Assembly (NCBI GenBank): GCA_021372475.1
Contig: JAJFUJ010000162.1
Coordinates: 15,173-79,172, forward strand
Length of the DNA: 64,000 nucleotides
Direction: 5' to 3'
Source of the DNA: Chloroflexota bacterium
GTDB taxonomy: Bacteria; Chloroflexota; Anaerolineae; UBA1429
Below are positions 15,505-24,749 of this stretch, in pieces. A model generated the notes under the pieces. It saw nothing but the letters and a program-made list of their open reading frames with translations. It did no database searches and was not told the DNA's origin. The translations under genes and the position numbers were made by a program. The first letter of the stretch is position 1. Every line of letters begins with the position of its first letter.

Positions 15505-17217
15505 ATGAGCGAATGGGTAATCACCACGAACAGGGCGCGCTGCCGAGATTGTTATCGCTGCGTGCGCATCTGCCCTGTCAAGGCCGTGCGCGTCGAAAAC
15601 GGCCAGGCGCAGATTGTGCCGGAGTTATGTGTGGCTTGCGGAAGCTGTGTGCGGGAATGCCCTCAGGGCGCCAAAGTGGTTCGAGATGACCGAGCATTAG
15701 TGCGTCAGGCAATCAAGTCCGGCCGGCCGGTATATGCTACCGTTGCTCCTTCTGCGCCGGCATATTTTGGCATCAAGGAGTTCGACCAACTGCACGGGGC
15801 GCTTGAACAATTGGGATTCACTGACGCCTTTGAGACCGCATTTGGCGCGCAGATGGTTGCTCCGGCGCACCGCGAATTTGTAGAGCACGACCGGAATAAG
15901 TGGCCTATCGTCGCTTCCGCCTGCCCGGTAGTGGTGAACCTTTTCGAGCGCTATTATCCAGACTTGCTTGCCCACCTGGCGCCGATTGTTTCGCCGATGA
16001 TTGCCCACGGCCGGTACCTGCGCAACAAGTACGGCCCCGAAGCGCTGATTGTCTTCATTGGGCCATGCATTGCAAAAAAAGAGGAGCTGCGCGATCCTGA
16101 GGTTGCCGGCGCGGTAGATGCTGCCCTTACCTTCAACGAGTTGGAAGAGTGGCTCGGGCAGGATAATGTCGCGCTACCAGAGCCTTCCGCAGAATTGGCC
16201 GATGCGCCACAAGCCAATGCGCGCCTTTTCCCCGTGGAAGGCGGTTTGGTCGGCACAGCCAGGATGAACACGGATATGCTCTCCAGCCAGATAATTGCCA
16301 CGTCAGGGATGGATGCCTGCCGTGATGTATTGGACAGTATTCGTTCCGGCGAGTTGACGGTGTGTATGGCTGAGTTAATGGCTTGCGACGGCGGATGCAT
16401 TAACGGGCCGGTTATGTCGGCCAAGAGCGGTCCGAGCCTGGCGCGCCAAAAGGTGATGGCTTATGCTGGGAAGCGCCAGACACAGCCGCTGCCCTCTCCC
16501 GAAGAGCGCCCCAATCTGGAAAGGAAATACAACGACCACAACATCAAGATGCCGGATTTCGCGGAAGAGCGCATCCGTGAAGTGATGCGGCTGGTCGACA
16601 AGTACACGCCCGAAGACGAACTCAACTGTGGCGCTTGTGGTTATGCGACTTGCCGCGACAAGGCGATCGCTACTTTGCGCGGTATGGCCGAAAGCACGAT
16701 GTGCATCCCCTATATGCGCCGGCGGGCGGATTCGCTCCGCCAACTTGTTATGGATGTAACGCCGAATGCTATCATCATTGTCGACAAAAACCTACGTATC
16801 CTGGACATGTCCCCTTCTGCGCAGCGCATGTTTGAGCGCAGCCTCAATTCCGTCCAGGGGCAGCCGATCAATATGGTTATTCCGTTGGCCAATAGCTTTG
16901 AGCGCGTTCACGAAACTGGCATCGCGGTGATGAACGAACTGCTGCGCATTAATGACAACCTGGTTGTCGAGCAATCCGTTGTGCCTGTAACTTTCCAGAA
17001 CATGCTTATGGCGATTCTGCGCGATGTGACCGAACGCGAGGTGCAGCAGGCCGAGTTGACCCACATCCGCACAGAAACCCTGACGCGTACCCAGGAGGTG
17101 ATTGCCAACCAGATGCGCGTTGCACAGGAAATTGCCCAACTCCTCGGCGAAACGACCGCTGAAACCAAGATGGCCCTAACAAGGCTGGCCAAGCTGATTG
17201 AGAACGGCGAATCCTGA
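15505..17217 (+). CDS. Sensory [FeFe]-hydrogenase-like protein (HydS/HfsB type): 2x[4Fe-4S] N-domain, H-cluster domain, Cx2Cx4Cx16C motif, C-terminal PAS domain
   Basis: CRDCYRCVRICP and CVACGSCVRECP ferredoxin motifs. H-cluster motifs L1 ASACP (variant of TSCCP), L2 GPCIAKKEE, L3 ELMACDGGCINGP. Exact CGACGYATC-x16-C motif. PAS-like segment (VTPNAIIIVDKNLRILDMSP...). AGGTGG RBS. Confidence 0.8.
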   Translation: MSEWVITTNRARCRDCYRCVRICPVKAVRVENGQAQIVPELCVACGSCVRECPQGAKVVRDDRALVRQAIKSGRPVYATVAPSAPAYFGIKEFDQLHGALEQLGFTDAFETAFGAQMVAPAHREFVEHDRNKWPIVASACPVVVNLFERYYPDLLAHLAPIVSPMIAHGRYLRNKYGPEALIVFIGPCIAKKEELRDPEVAGAVDAALTFNELEEWLGQDNVALPEPSAELADAPQANARLFPVEGGLVGTARMNTDMLSSQIIATSGMDACRDVLDSIRSGELTVCMAELMACDGGCINGPVMSAKSGPSLARQKVMAYAGKRQTQPLPSPEERPNLERKYNDHNIKMPDFAEERIREVMRLVDKYTPEDELNCGACGYATCRDKAIATLRGMAESTMCIPYMRRRADSLRQLVMDVTPNAIIIVDKNLRILDMSPSAQRMFERSLNSVQGQPINMVIPLANSFERVHETGIAVMNELLRINDNLVVEQSVVPVTFQNMLMAILRDVTEREVQQAELTHIRTETLTRTQEVIANQMRVAQEIAQLLGETTAETKMALTRLAKLIENGES

Positions 17218-17230
17218 GGAGTATTGAACT

Positions 17231-18406
17231 ATGCGTCAGGTCGTTGAGGTAACCTCCGAGAGCCTCTCAAAATACGGCGAGGAGCTGTGCGGCGATACCG
17301 TCAAAATCAATACTACGGATACTTACCTTACCGTGGTTCTGTCGGATGGGTTAGGCAGCGGTGTCAAGGCAAATATCCTCTCTACCCTCACCGCGCAGAT
17401 TGCCGGCTCGATGTTCGAACAAGGTGCTGAAATCCAAGATGTGATGCAGACGCTGGTCGATACCCTGCCAGAGTGCCAGGTGCGCAAGCTGGCGTACGCG
17501 ACCTTCGCTATGGTAAAAGTTTACCGCGGCCATGAAGTTTACCTGGTTGAATACGACAGCCCTCCGCTCATCCTGGTGCGCAACAATGAAATTATCCAAG
17601 TCGATACCAAGGAAAGGGTTGTCAGCGGGCGCAAACTGCGCGAGGCTAAATTCGAGGTATATGACAAAGATTATATGGTGCTTGTCAGCGACGGCTACGA
17701 GCACGCCGGTGTAGGCGGAATATATCGCCTCGGTTGGGGGTGGCAAAACATAGCCATCGCGGTCAAACGTTGGGCGCAGACCGGCTGCGACGCGTATAGC
17801 CTGACGCAAGCCCTCAAGCGCACCTGTACCAAGCTCTATGACGGCAAGCCAGGGGATGACGCGACAGCAGTAGGAATGCGCGTGCGGCCAGCCATCGTTG
17901 TCACCATCCTGACCGGACCGCCGGCAGATAAAAACAATGACGAGCTAATCGTGCGCAAGCTGATGGAAAGCCCTGGGCAGAAAGTGATTTGCGGCGGCAC
18001 CACAGCACAAATGGCCGCCCGAGTACTTGGCAAAGAACTCAAGGTAGACTGGGTGCCGCCTAACCAGCGCGTCTCGTCCAATTCGCGCCGCAAACATACA
18101 CCGCCTACTGCCCGGTTGGAAGGAGTTGACCTTGTCACCGAAGGTATCCTGACCCTCGGTCAGACGGTCGAATTGCTGGAAAAGGCACACGACATCCACG
18201 AGCTGCCTACCGATGAAGATGCGTCAACCCGGCTGGCTCGCATTTTGTTGAGTGCTGACGTCATCACGCTTGTCGTAGGCACTGCGGTCAATCCCAACCA
18301 GGTTGCGGATGTCATCCGCGGCGAGCCGATGCGGATGATCTATGTCCGCCAGCTCCAGCAAATCCTCGCACCCACTACCAAGAAGGTTAACCTTATCAGC
18401 ATCTAG
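17231..18406 (+). CDS. SpoIIE/PP2C-family serine phosphatase (HfsC-like partner of the sensory hydrogenase)
   Basis: PPM-type metal-binding motif VVLSDGLGSGVKANI. 14-nt gap after the hydS-like gene, same strand. The C-terminal roughly 170 aa has an unassigned fold. Confidence 0.65.
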   Translation: MRQVVEVTSESLSKYGEELCGDTVKINTTDTYLTVVLSDGLGSGVKANILSTLTAQIAGSMFEQGAEIQDVMQTLVDTLPECQVRKLAYATFAMVKVYRGHEVYLVEYDSPPLILVRNNEIIQVDTKERVVSGRKLREAKFEVYDKDYMVLVSDGYEHAGVGGIYRLGWGWQNIAIAVKRWAQTGCDAYSLTQALKRTCTKLYDGKPGDDATAVGMRVRPAIVVTILTGPPADKNNDELIVRKLMESPGQKVICGGTTAQMAARVLGKELKVDWVPPNQRVSSNSRRKHTPPTARLEGVDLVTEGILTLGQTVELLEKAHDIHELPTDEDASTRLARILLSADVITLVVGTAVNPNQVADVIRGEPMRMIYVRQLQQILAPTTKKVNLISI

Positions 18407-18411
18407 CTGTG

Positions 18412-19899
18412 CTAAGATTGCGTTAAGCCCAGGCGCACATATTGCTCAGGCGGCGCATCGTTAGCGCGCATCTCAGCAACCAACATATCAATCATCCGGC
18501 TCTCCAAGCGCGCGTCCTTCAGCGGGCGCTCCTGAAGCGGGTCATCAGCCAGGTCATATAGATAGGTACCGAACTGTTTCCCTGCGTTCAAGCCAGCTCT
18601 GGCAGGGATGCGCATGGTATGGCATCCTTTAGTAAAGGAAAAGGGCTCCGCCAGGGAGACGCCGTTAAACTCTTCTACGCTGAACATCCCCGTCATATGG
18701 GTAGGCATCAGGGTATATTCATACAGAGGGGTATTCTCGGGCGTAGCATTGGCCCGCATATAGACGTATCGCCCGTCGGTAACGTTCACATGCGCGCCGT
18801 GCAACCCAAATAGTCCGGCTTCCCGCACCGGCGTATCGTCGGCAATGGTTGCCCGCAGCGGATTCCCTTGCATATCGGCGGGTAAAGGAACACCAAAATA
18901 CGCTAGCAGAGTTGCCGGCAGATCGATCGTCTGTACCAGGGATTTACGGCGTTCGCCGCGCGCACCACAGCGCGGATCCCAGATGAATAACGGGGTATGC
19001 GCCACCTCGTCCCAAAAAGGCTGGACAACCTTGGCCCACCAATCGTGTTCGCCCAGCAGAAACCCGTGGTCTGTGTTCACGATGAGCAGCGTATCCTTCC
19101 ATAGATCCAATTCATCCATCACATCCATCAGGCGCCCCAGGTACCAATCGCACATACTGTGCAGGGCAGCGCTCATACAGCGCATATGCTGCACCTCGTC
19201 AGGATTTTCGACCACGCGGGCGTAATTCGGCCAATCAAAGTGCTGGCCGTGATACGCATGCGGGTAAAGGTCTTGGAAGCGCTGCGAGCTAAAATAGGGT
19301 TCGTGCGGGTCAAAAGTCTCGATAGTCAAGAACCAGTCGTCCTGGGCATGGTTCATCCGCAGGAAGTCAATGCCGGCTTGAAACGTGCGCGGCTGCGGCA
19401 TCTGTTCCTCGTTGGCCGTATGCAGCCGGTTGACCCAATCCTGCCGCAGCCTGGCGGTTGGTCGGGGATTGTTCAGGAACTGGGGCAAATCGATTGGTCT
19501 CAGGTCAGGTATCCAGGCATCACCCTCCTGGCCACGGAAACTCTCCCAGGTGCTGTAGCGATTGTGATAGGTGCAGCCGCCGTCCTCCCAATAATGGTAA
19601 TGGTCGCTGGCAAGGTGGCTGGTAATACCATGTTTTTTTAGGATTTCGGGTAACGAGTCATCGAAGGGCTCCAGGGGGCCCCAACTGCGGTGTAGAAAGT
19701 TGTAACGGCCGGTATGCAGCTCGCGCCTGGCGGGCATGCACGGCATCGAACCGACATATGCGGTATCAAAGGTCACGGCATGTTCCGCCAACCGCGTAAA
19801 GTTCGGCGTCATCACCCAGCGATAAGCGCCAGGCTCGTGCTGATAGGGGCTGAGCATACGCCGGTTAAGCGAATCATACATCAGCATGATAGCCCGCAT
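18412..19899 (-). CDS. Sulfatase-family hydrolase (Cys-type, formylglycine-dependent)
   Basis: Sulfatase signature C-M-P-A-R (SMPCMPARRELHTGRY) and the general alkaline-phosphatase-superfamily fold. Confidence 0.75.
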   Translation of the reverse strand: MRAIMLMYDSLNRRMLSPYQHEPGAYRWVMTPNFTRLAEHAVTFDTAYVGSMPCMPARRELHTGRYNFLHRSWGPLEPFDDSLPEILKKHGITSHLASDHYHYWEDGGCTYHNRYSTWESFRGQEGDAWIPDLRPIDLPQFLNNPRPTARLRQDWVNRLHTANEEQMPQPRTFQAGIDFLRMNHAQDDWFLTIETFDPHEPYFSSQRFQDLYPHAYHGQHFDWPNYARVVENPDEVQHMRCMSAALHSMCDWYLGRLMDVMDELDLWKDTLLIVNTDHGFLLGEHDWWAKVVQPFWDEVAHTPLFIWDPRCGARGERRKSLVQTIDLPATLLAYFGVPLPADMQGNPLRATIADDTPVREAGLFGLHGAHVNVTDGRYVYMRANATPENTPLYEYTLMPTHMTGMFSVEEFNGVSLAEPFSFTKGCHTMRIPARAGLNAGKQFGTYLYDLADDPLQERPLKDARLESRMIDMLVAEMRANDAPPEQYVRLGLTQS

Positions 19900-20005
19900 A
19901 GTACCACTCCCAATGGCTAGTTGTTCTCAATCTCGGATTTACAATAAGGTTAATCGTATTCTGACATTTCGTCAACAGGATGATTGTTCTCCACTGGCCG
20001 ACAAC

Positions 20006-20034
20006 CTTGACGCCATCAGCGGTGGAGGTTATAC
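20006..20034 (+). promoter_or_regulatory. Sigma-70-like promoter: -35 TTGACG, 17-nt spacer, -10 TATACT
   Basis: Hexamers at 20006-20011 and 20029-20034, 30 nt upstream of the 20065 start codon. Confidence 0.45.
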
Positions 20035-20064
20035 TCTCCGTCAGCTATCCGGTAAGGAGCGCGT

Positions 20065-21630
20065 ATGACTAGCGTGAAACGCACTCTCCACCAGCGCCTG
20101 TGGAACCCTTATATCATCGTCTTTATCGGCAGCGCCGGCAGCATGATAACAGAGCTGGTGGCCAGCCGGATGATCGCCCCCCAGATAGGTGTATCGCTAT
20201 ATACCTGGACCTCGGTCATCGGTGTCATCCTGGCGGGCAGTTCCCTCGGGAATTACCTCGGTGGGCGCCTTGCCGACCGCTACGGCTCACCACGGCTGCT
20301 TGGAATCGTCTTCGCATTGGCCAGCATCGCCAGCCTGTCAATCCTGCCACTGCGCGAATTAGCTAACTCGATCCGATGGGGCCCCAATTTCCCGCTGCTG
20401 CTGCGGGTAGTCTTGTATATCGGGATTATCTTTATCCTCCCCAGCCTGATGCTGGGCTGCGTGTCGCCGATCGTCGTCAAAATCAGCCTCAGCAATCTGG
20501 AGCATTCCGGTTCGACCGTCGGCAAAATCTACGCCTGGGCAACCGTGGGCTCCATCGTTGGCACATTCGCCACCGGCTTTTGGTTGATCTCGCTCTTTGG
20601 CACAAAAACAATCATCGTGCTGGTTTCCGCCGTGCAGATGATAGTCGGCGTATGGTTTCTGGCTTCTGCCAAGCTGAAGCCAGCACTGATTGGCGCCACA
20701 GCAGCCTTACTGATATATGGATGCCTGCTAGGCATCCTGTATTGGCGCGGGATGCTCGGTTCAGAGTGCATGCGGGAAACGAATTATTTTTGCATCAACA
20801 CCTACGACCGCGACCAGAATGAGGATATTAAAGCGGTGGAGGGAGCACAATACAAGCCGCTCATTATCCGTGAATTGGTGCTGGATCGGCTTGTGCATAG
20901 TTATGTTGACCTAGAGAATCCCTCGAGGCTGGTATACGGCTATGAACGCACGTATGCGGATGTCATCAAGCCGCTTTTGGCCAGGAAAGGTATGCTGGAT
21001 TCATTCTTTATCGGTGGCGGAGGTTATACTTTCCCCCGCTATTTGGAGCTGCAAGCTCCCGGAAGCGAACTGGTGGTAGCAGAAATCGATCCCGGGGTGA
21101 CTGAAGTCGCCCGCGAAAGGCTTAATCTGCCGTTGACGACGACAATCAAGACGGTGAACCTTGATGCGCGCATCCTGATGGAGACACAGCAGCAAGATAA
21201 AGCGTATGACCTGGTGTTTGGCGATGCTTTTAACGACTACTCCGTGCCCTACCATCTGACCACGCTCGAGTTCGACCAGATGATTAGCCATATGCTACGC
21301 GACGACGGTTTGTATATCGCCAATATCATCGACGGCGGCACGCACGGGCATTTCCTGCGTGCCTTTGTGCGCACCGTGGAGGCGGTATTCCCTTATGTTG
21401 AAGTAATCCCCTCCACTGAGGGCTGGCGAACCGCTTTCCGCACGACCTTTGTCATTGTTGCCAGCCGGCAGCCTATCGACCTCTCAAGCTTGTTGCAGTC
21501 GACTGCGCCGCTTTCGCACCAAGAATTGGCTGAGTATCTGGCGCTCGAAAAACCGCTTATTTTGACCGATGACTATGTGCCGGTAGATACGCTGCTAGCG
21601 CCAGTTTATGTAGATTCCGAGCGCATGTAA
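20065..21630 (+). CDS. Fused MFS-like membrane domain / spermidine synthase-like aminopropyltransferase
   Basis: About 230 aa of N-terminal multi-TM region, followed by the FIGGGGYTFPRY...LVFGDAFNDYSVPYHLTT spermidine-synthase fold. Confidence 0.7.
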   Translation: MTSVKRTLHQRLWNPYIIVFIGSAGSMITELVASRMIAPQIGVSLYTWTSVIGVILAGSSLGNYLGGRLADRYGSPRLLGIVFALASIASLSILPLRELANSIRWGPNFPLLLRVVLYIGIIFILPSLMLGCVSPIVVKISLSNLEHSGSTVGKIYAWATVGSIVGTFATGFWLISLFGTKTIIVLVSAVQMIVGVWFLASAKLKPALIGATAALLIYGCLLGILYWRGMLGSECMRETNYFCINTYDRDQNEDIKAVEGAQYKPLIIRELVLDRLVHSYVDLENPSRLVYGYERTYADVIKPLLARKGMLDSFFIGGGGYTFPRYLELQAPGSELVVAEIDPGVTEVARERLNLPLTTTIKTVNLDARILMETQQQDKAYDLVFGDAFNDYSVPYHLTTLEFDQMISHMLRDDGLYIANIIDGGTHGHFLRAFVRTVEAVFPYVEVIPSTEGWRTAFRTTFVIVASRQPIDLSSLLQSTAPLSHQELAEYLALEKPLILTDDYVPVDTLLAPVYVDSERM

Positions 21631-21684
21631 TATACCGGCTGCCTACATTTATTGCGGTCAGCAGAACCCGATTGGAGATGAGTT

Positions 21685-22854
21685 ATGCAAGAACTAGCGC
21701 TGCGATATGGGATGAATCCGCACCAAAAACCGGCGCGCGTATTTTCAAGTGACGGTGAGCTGCCGATTTCCGTTCTGAACGGTGCGCCCGGATATATCAA
21801 CCTGCTGGATGCCCTGAATTCATGGCAGTTGGTGCGCGAGCTAAAAGCGGCCAGCGGGCTGCCGGCCGCAACCTCCTTCAAGCACGTCAGCCCAGCCGGC
21901 GCTGCTTTGGGTCTTCCGCTGAGCGAGGTTGAGGCGATTTCGTGCTTTGTGCAGGATATTGAGCTTTCCCCACTGGCAAGCGCCTATGCCCGCGCGCGCG
22001 GGGCCGATCGCATGTCTTCGTTCGGCGATTGGGCTGCGCTTTCGGATACCTGCGATGAGCCGACCGCGCGGTTGATCAACCGGGACGTCTCTGACGGCGT
22101 GATTGCCCCTGATTATGAGCCCGCTGCACTCGAAATCCTGCGCGCCAAGCGCGAAGGCGGCTACCGTGTGCTGCGCATTGATCCCAACTACAACCCGCCC
22201 GCTATGGAGCAGCGTCAAGTATTCGGCATCACGCTCGAGCAGCACCGCGACGATTACACCGTTACTGCCGATATGTTTAAGAACACTGTCACGAACAATA
22301 CCACTATCCCGGCCAATGGCTTACGCGACCTGATTGTTGCTACGATAGGATTAAAGTACACCCAGTCGAATTCGGTCGCCCTTGCGTTCAACGGGCAGAT
22401 CACCGGCGTAGGCGCCGGCCAGCAATCCCGCGTGCACTGCACCCGGCTGGCTGCCAGCAAATCGGACTTGTGGTTCCTGCGGCAGCACCCGCGGGTGCTC
22501 GGCTTCAAGTTCGCCAAAGGGCTGCCGCGCGCCGAGCGCAACAATGCGATTGACGTTTTCTTTTTGGAAAACCTGACCAGAGCGGAGCAGACGGCCTGGG
22601 AAAAGTGTTTTCGGCAGGTGCCGCAGCGCCTGACGCATGAGGAAAAACTAGGCTGGCTGGCTCAGGTCAACCATGTTGCGCTTAGCTCGGATGCCTTTTT
22701 CCCATTTCGGGATTCAATCGATCGCGCTTCTGCCAGTGGTGTGCGTTATGTCGCCCAGGCGGGCGGCTCCCTGAACGATGCGGGGGTCATTGAAGCCTGC
22801 AATGAGTATCATATGGTGATGTCCCTGACGGGCATCCGCCTGTTCCACCACTAG
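21685..22854 (+). CDS. purH: AICAR transformylase domain protein (PurH formyltransferase domain only, no IMP cyclohydrolase/MGS domain)
   Basis: LRYGMNPHQ motif (PurH LRYGENPHQ). Length of 389 aa matches the AICARFT domain alone. Confidence 0.65.
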   Translation: MQELALRYGMNPHQKPARVFSSDGELPISVLNGAPGYINLLDALNSWQLVRELKAASGLPAATSFKHVSPAGAALGLPLSEVEAISCFVQDIELSPLASAYARARGADRMSSFGDWAALSDTCDEPTARLINRDVSDGVIAPDYEPAALEILRAKREGGYRVLRIDPNYNPPAMEQRQVFGITLEQHRDDYTVTADMFKNTVTNNTTIPANGLRDLIVATIGLKYTQSNSVALAFNGQITGVGAGQQSRVHCTRLAASKSDLWFLRQHPRVLGFKFAKGLPRAERNNAIDVFFLENLTRAEQTAWEKCFRQVPQRLTHEEKLGWLAQVNHVALSSDAFFPFRDSIDRASASGVRYVAQAGGSLNDAGVIEACNEYHMVMSLTGIRLFHH

Positions 22855-22875
22855 TCGATACCCGGGGAGGTAACA

Positions 22876-23436
22876 GTGCTGCGGTCAGAATTGCTGCACG
22901 GCGAGAATATCCTGCTCTCCGCCGTCACCAAAGCGGACGCTCCAGCTATCGCCAGATGGACCGCGGATGCCGAGTATCTGCGGCTGCTCGATGCCGATCC
23001 CGCCAGGCCCCTCAATGAAGATCAGGTGCTGGAATGGATTAGCGAGATTCCCAAGCGCAAGAACAGCTTCCCGTTCGCCTTACGACGCAAGAGCGATCAG
23101 GAACTGGTTGGGCTCACGGAGCTGGACGATGTGAACTGGCAGCATGGCAATGCCTATCTCTCGATCGGGTTAGGCAAGCCGTATTGGGATATGGGCTTCG
23201 GGACAGAGGCGATGGAGCTAATCGTGCGCTATGCTTTCCAGGAGCTCAACCTGCATCGTCTGCAGCTTACCGTTTTCGAGTACAATGAACGCGCTCTGGC
23301 CGTTTACCGCAAGGTGGGATTCGTTGAGGAAGGGCGTCAGCGCGAGTGGATCCACCGTGATGGCAAACGCTACGCCATGATCCTGATGGGTTTGCTCGCC
23401 AGCGACTGGCGGCAGATGCATGGACTCCAGCCCTAA
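22876..23436 (+). CDS. GNAT-family N-acetyltransferase (RimJ/RimL-like)
   Basis: Acetyl-CoA binding block LHRLQLTVFEYNERALAVYRKVGF. GTG start behind a GGGAGG RBS. Confidence 0.75.
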   Translation: MLRSELLHGENILLSAVTKADAPAIARWTADAEYLRLLDADPARPLNEDQVLEWISEIPKRKNSFPFALRRKSDQELVGLTELDDVNWQHGNAYLSIGLGKPYWDMGFGTEAMELIVRYAFQELNLHRLQLTVFEYNERALAVYRKVGFVEEGRQREWIHRDGKRYAMILMGLLASDWRQMHGLQP

Positions 23437-23447
23437 GTGCTACCGTA

Positions 23448-24629
23448 CTATTTGCCCTTGCGGGCATTGTAATCCAGCAGGGACGCGCGCTGGATGGCAT
23501 CATCCCCCCAGCGGGCGCGGATGGCATCCAGCGTGTCGTTCAATCTGCTACGACGGATATCGCTGTGCTCGAACAGGTTCAATTGATACCCGCCCTGTTC
23601 GAGCAGGTTACTCATCCCGACGCCTAGCAGTCGAACCGCGTCCCCGGCCTTCCACTGCGCCTTGAGCAAACGCAGCGCTTCCTGGTAGACAACCTGCTCC
23701 TGATCGGTAGGATTCTCCAGTATGGCTTGGCGGGTGATGGTGCTGAAATCCGGATAGCGCAGCTTGATGCGTACTGTCCTCCCAACCAGCGCATGCGCAC
23801 GCATGCTGCTGGCCACCTGTTCGCTCATACTTAGCAATGTTCTGGCGAGCCGGCCATAGTCACGCACATCTTCGCTAAAGGTAACCTCTTTACTGACCGA
23901 ACGGCGCTCGCGTTCGGTCGTTACCTGGCTTACGTCTATACCGCGCGCGAGCTGCTGCAACGGTTCTGCCTGACTGCCCAGAAGGCGCTCCAGCGCCAGG
24001 GTGGGGTAATCCGCCAATTTGCCGATGGTAGTTATGCCCAGGCTGCGCAGGTGCGCTCCCGTGACCTTGCCGACGCCCCATAAGCGCTCGATTGCCAGCG
24101 GCGCTAGAAAAGAGGCCTCTTCCCCAGGAGGGACGATGACCAGCCCGTGCGGCTTGCCGTAATCACAGGCAATCTTCGCTACAATTTTACAGGCGGCCAC
24201 GCCCAGCGAAACTGGCAGGTTCACTTCAGAGTTGACGCGCTCCTGAATCATATGGGCGATATGTTCAATCGGTCCCCAAAGCTTCTCGCAGCCGGTTACA
24301 TCCAGAAAAGCTTCATCGATCGAGACTTGCTCAACGAGCGGGGTCACTTGCTTGAGAATATCCATCACCTGCTCGGAATAATGACCATACATGCGGTAAT
24401 GGCCGTGTACGATAATCCCCTGAGGGCACAGCCGTATAGCCTGCCCCATGGGCATCGCCGAGTGAACGCCGTAAGCGCGGGCTGCATAGGAACAGGAGGC
24501 AACCACACCGCGACCGCTGGGATCGCCGCCAACGATAACGGGCTTGCCTTTTAGTGTGGGGTCAAGCAGTTCCTCGACAGAAGCAAAGAATGCGTCCAGG
24601 TCAACGTGTATTATCCAGCGCATAGCCAT
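23448..24629 (-). CDS. dinB: DNA polymerase IV (Y-family translesion polymerase)
   Basis: IIHVDLDAFFASVEE...KPVIVGG is the canonical DinB N-terminus. Confidence 0.9.
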   Translation of the reverse strand: MAMRWIIHVDLDAFFASVEELLDPTLKGKPVIVGGDPSGRGVVASCSYAARAYGVHSAMPMGQAIRLCPQGIIVHGHYRMYGHYSEQVMDILKQVTPLVEQVSIDEAFLDVTGCEKLWGPIEHIAHMIQERVNSEVNLPVSLGVAACKIVAKIACDYGKPHGLVIVPPGEEASFLAPLAIERLWGVGKVTGAHLRSLGITTIGKLADYPTLALERLLGSQAEPLQQLARGIDVSQVTTERERRSVSKEVTFSEDVRDYGRLARTLLSMSEQVASSMRAHALVGRTVRIKLRYPDFSTITRQAILENPTDQEQVVYQEALRLLKAQWKAGDAVRLLGVGMSNLLEQGGYQLNLFEHSDIRRSRLNDTLDAIRARWGDDAIQRASLLDYNARKGK

Positions 24630-24749
24630 TGCTGCTCACCTCTTGCCCTTGAGCTCATTATAACACACTCCGCCAAGAGCTTGCGCAGCCATCCGCTGTG
24701 CGATAATATAATAACGAGTCCATAGTGTTTTAGTGCGGGAGGTTGCAAC

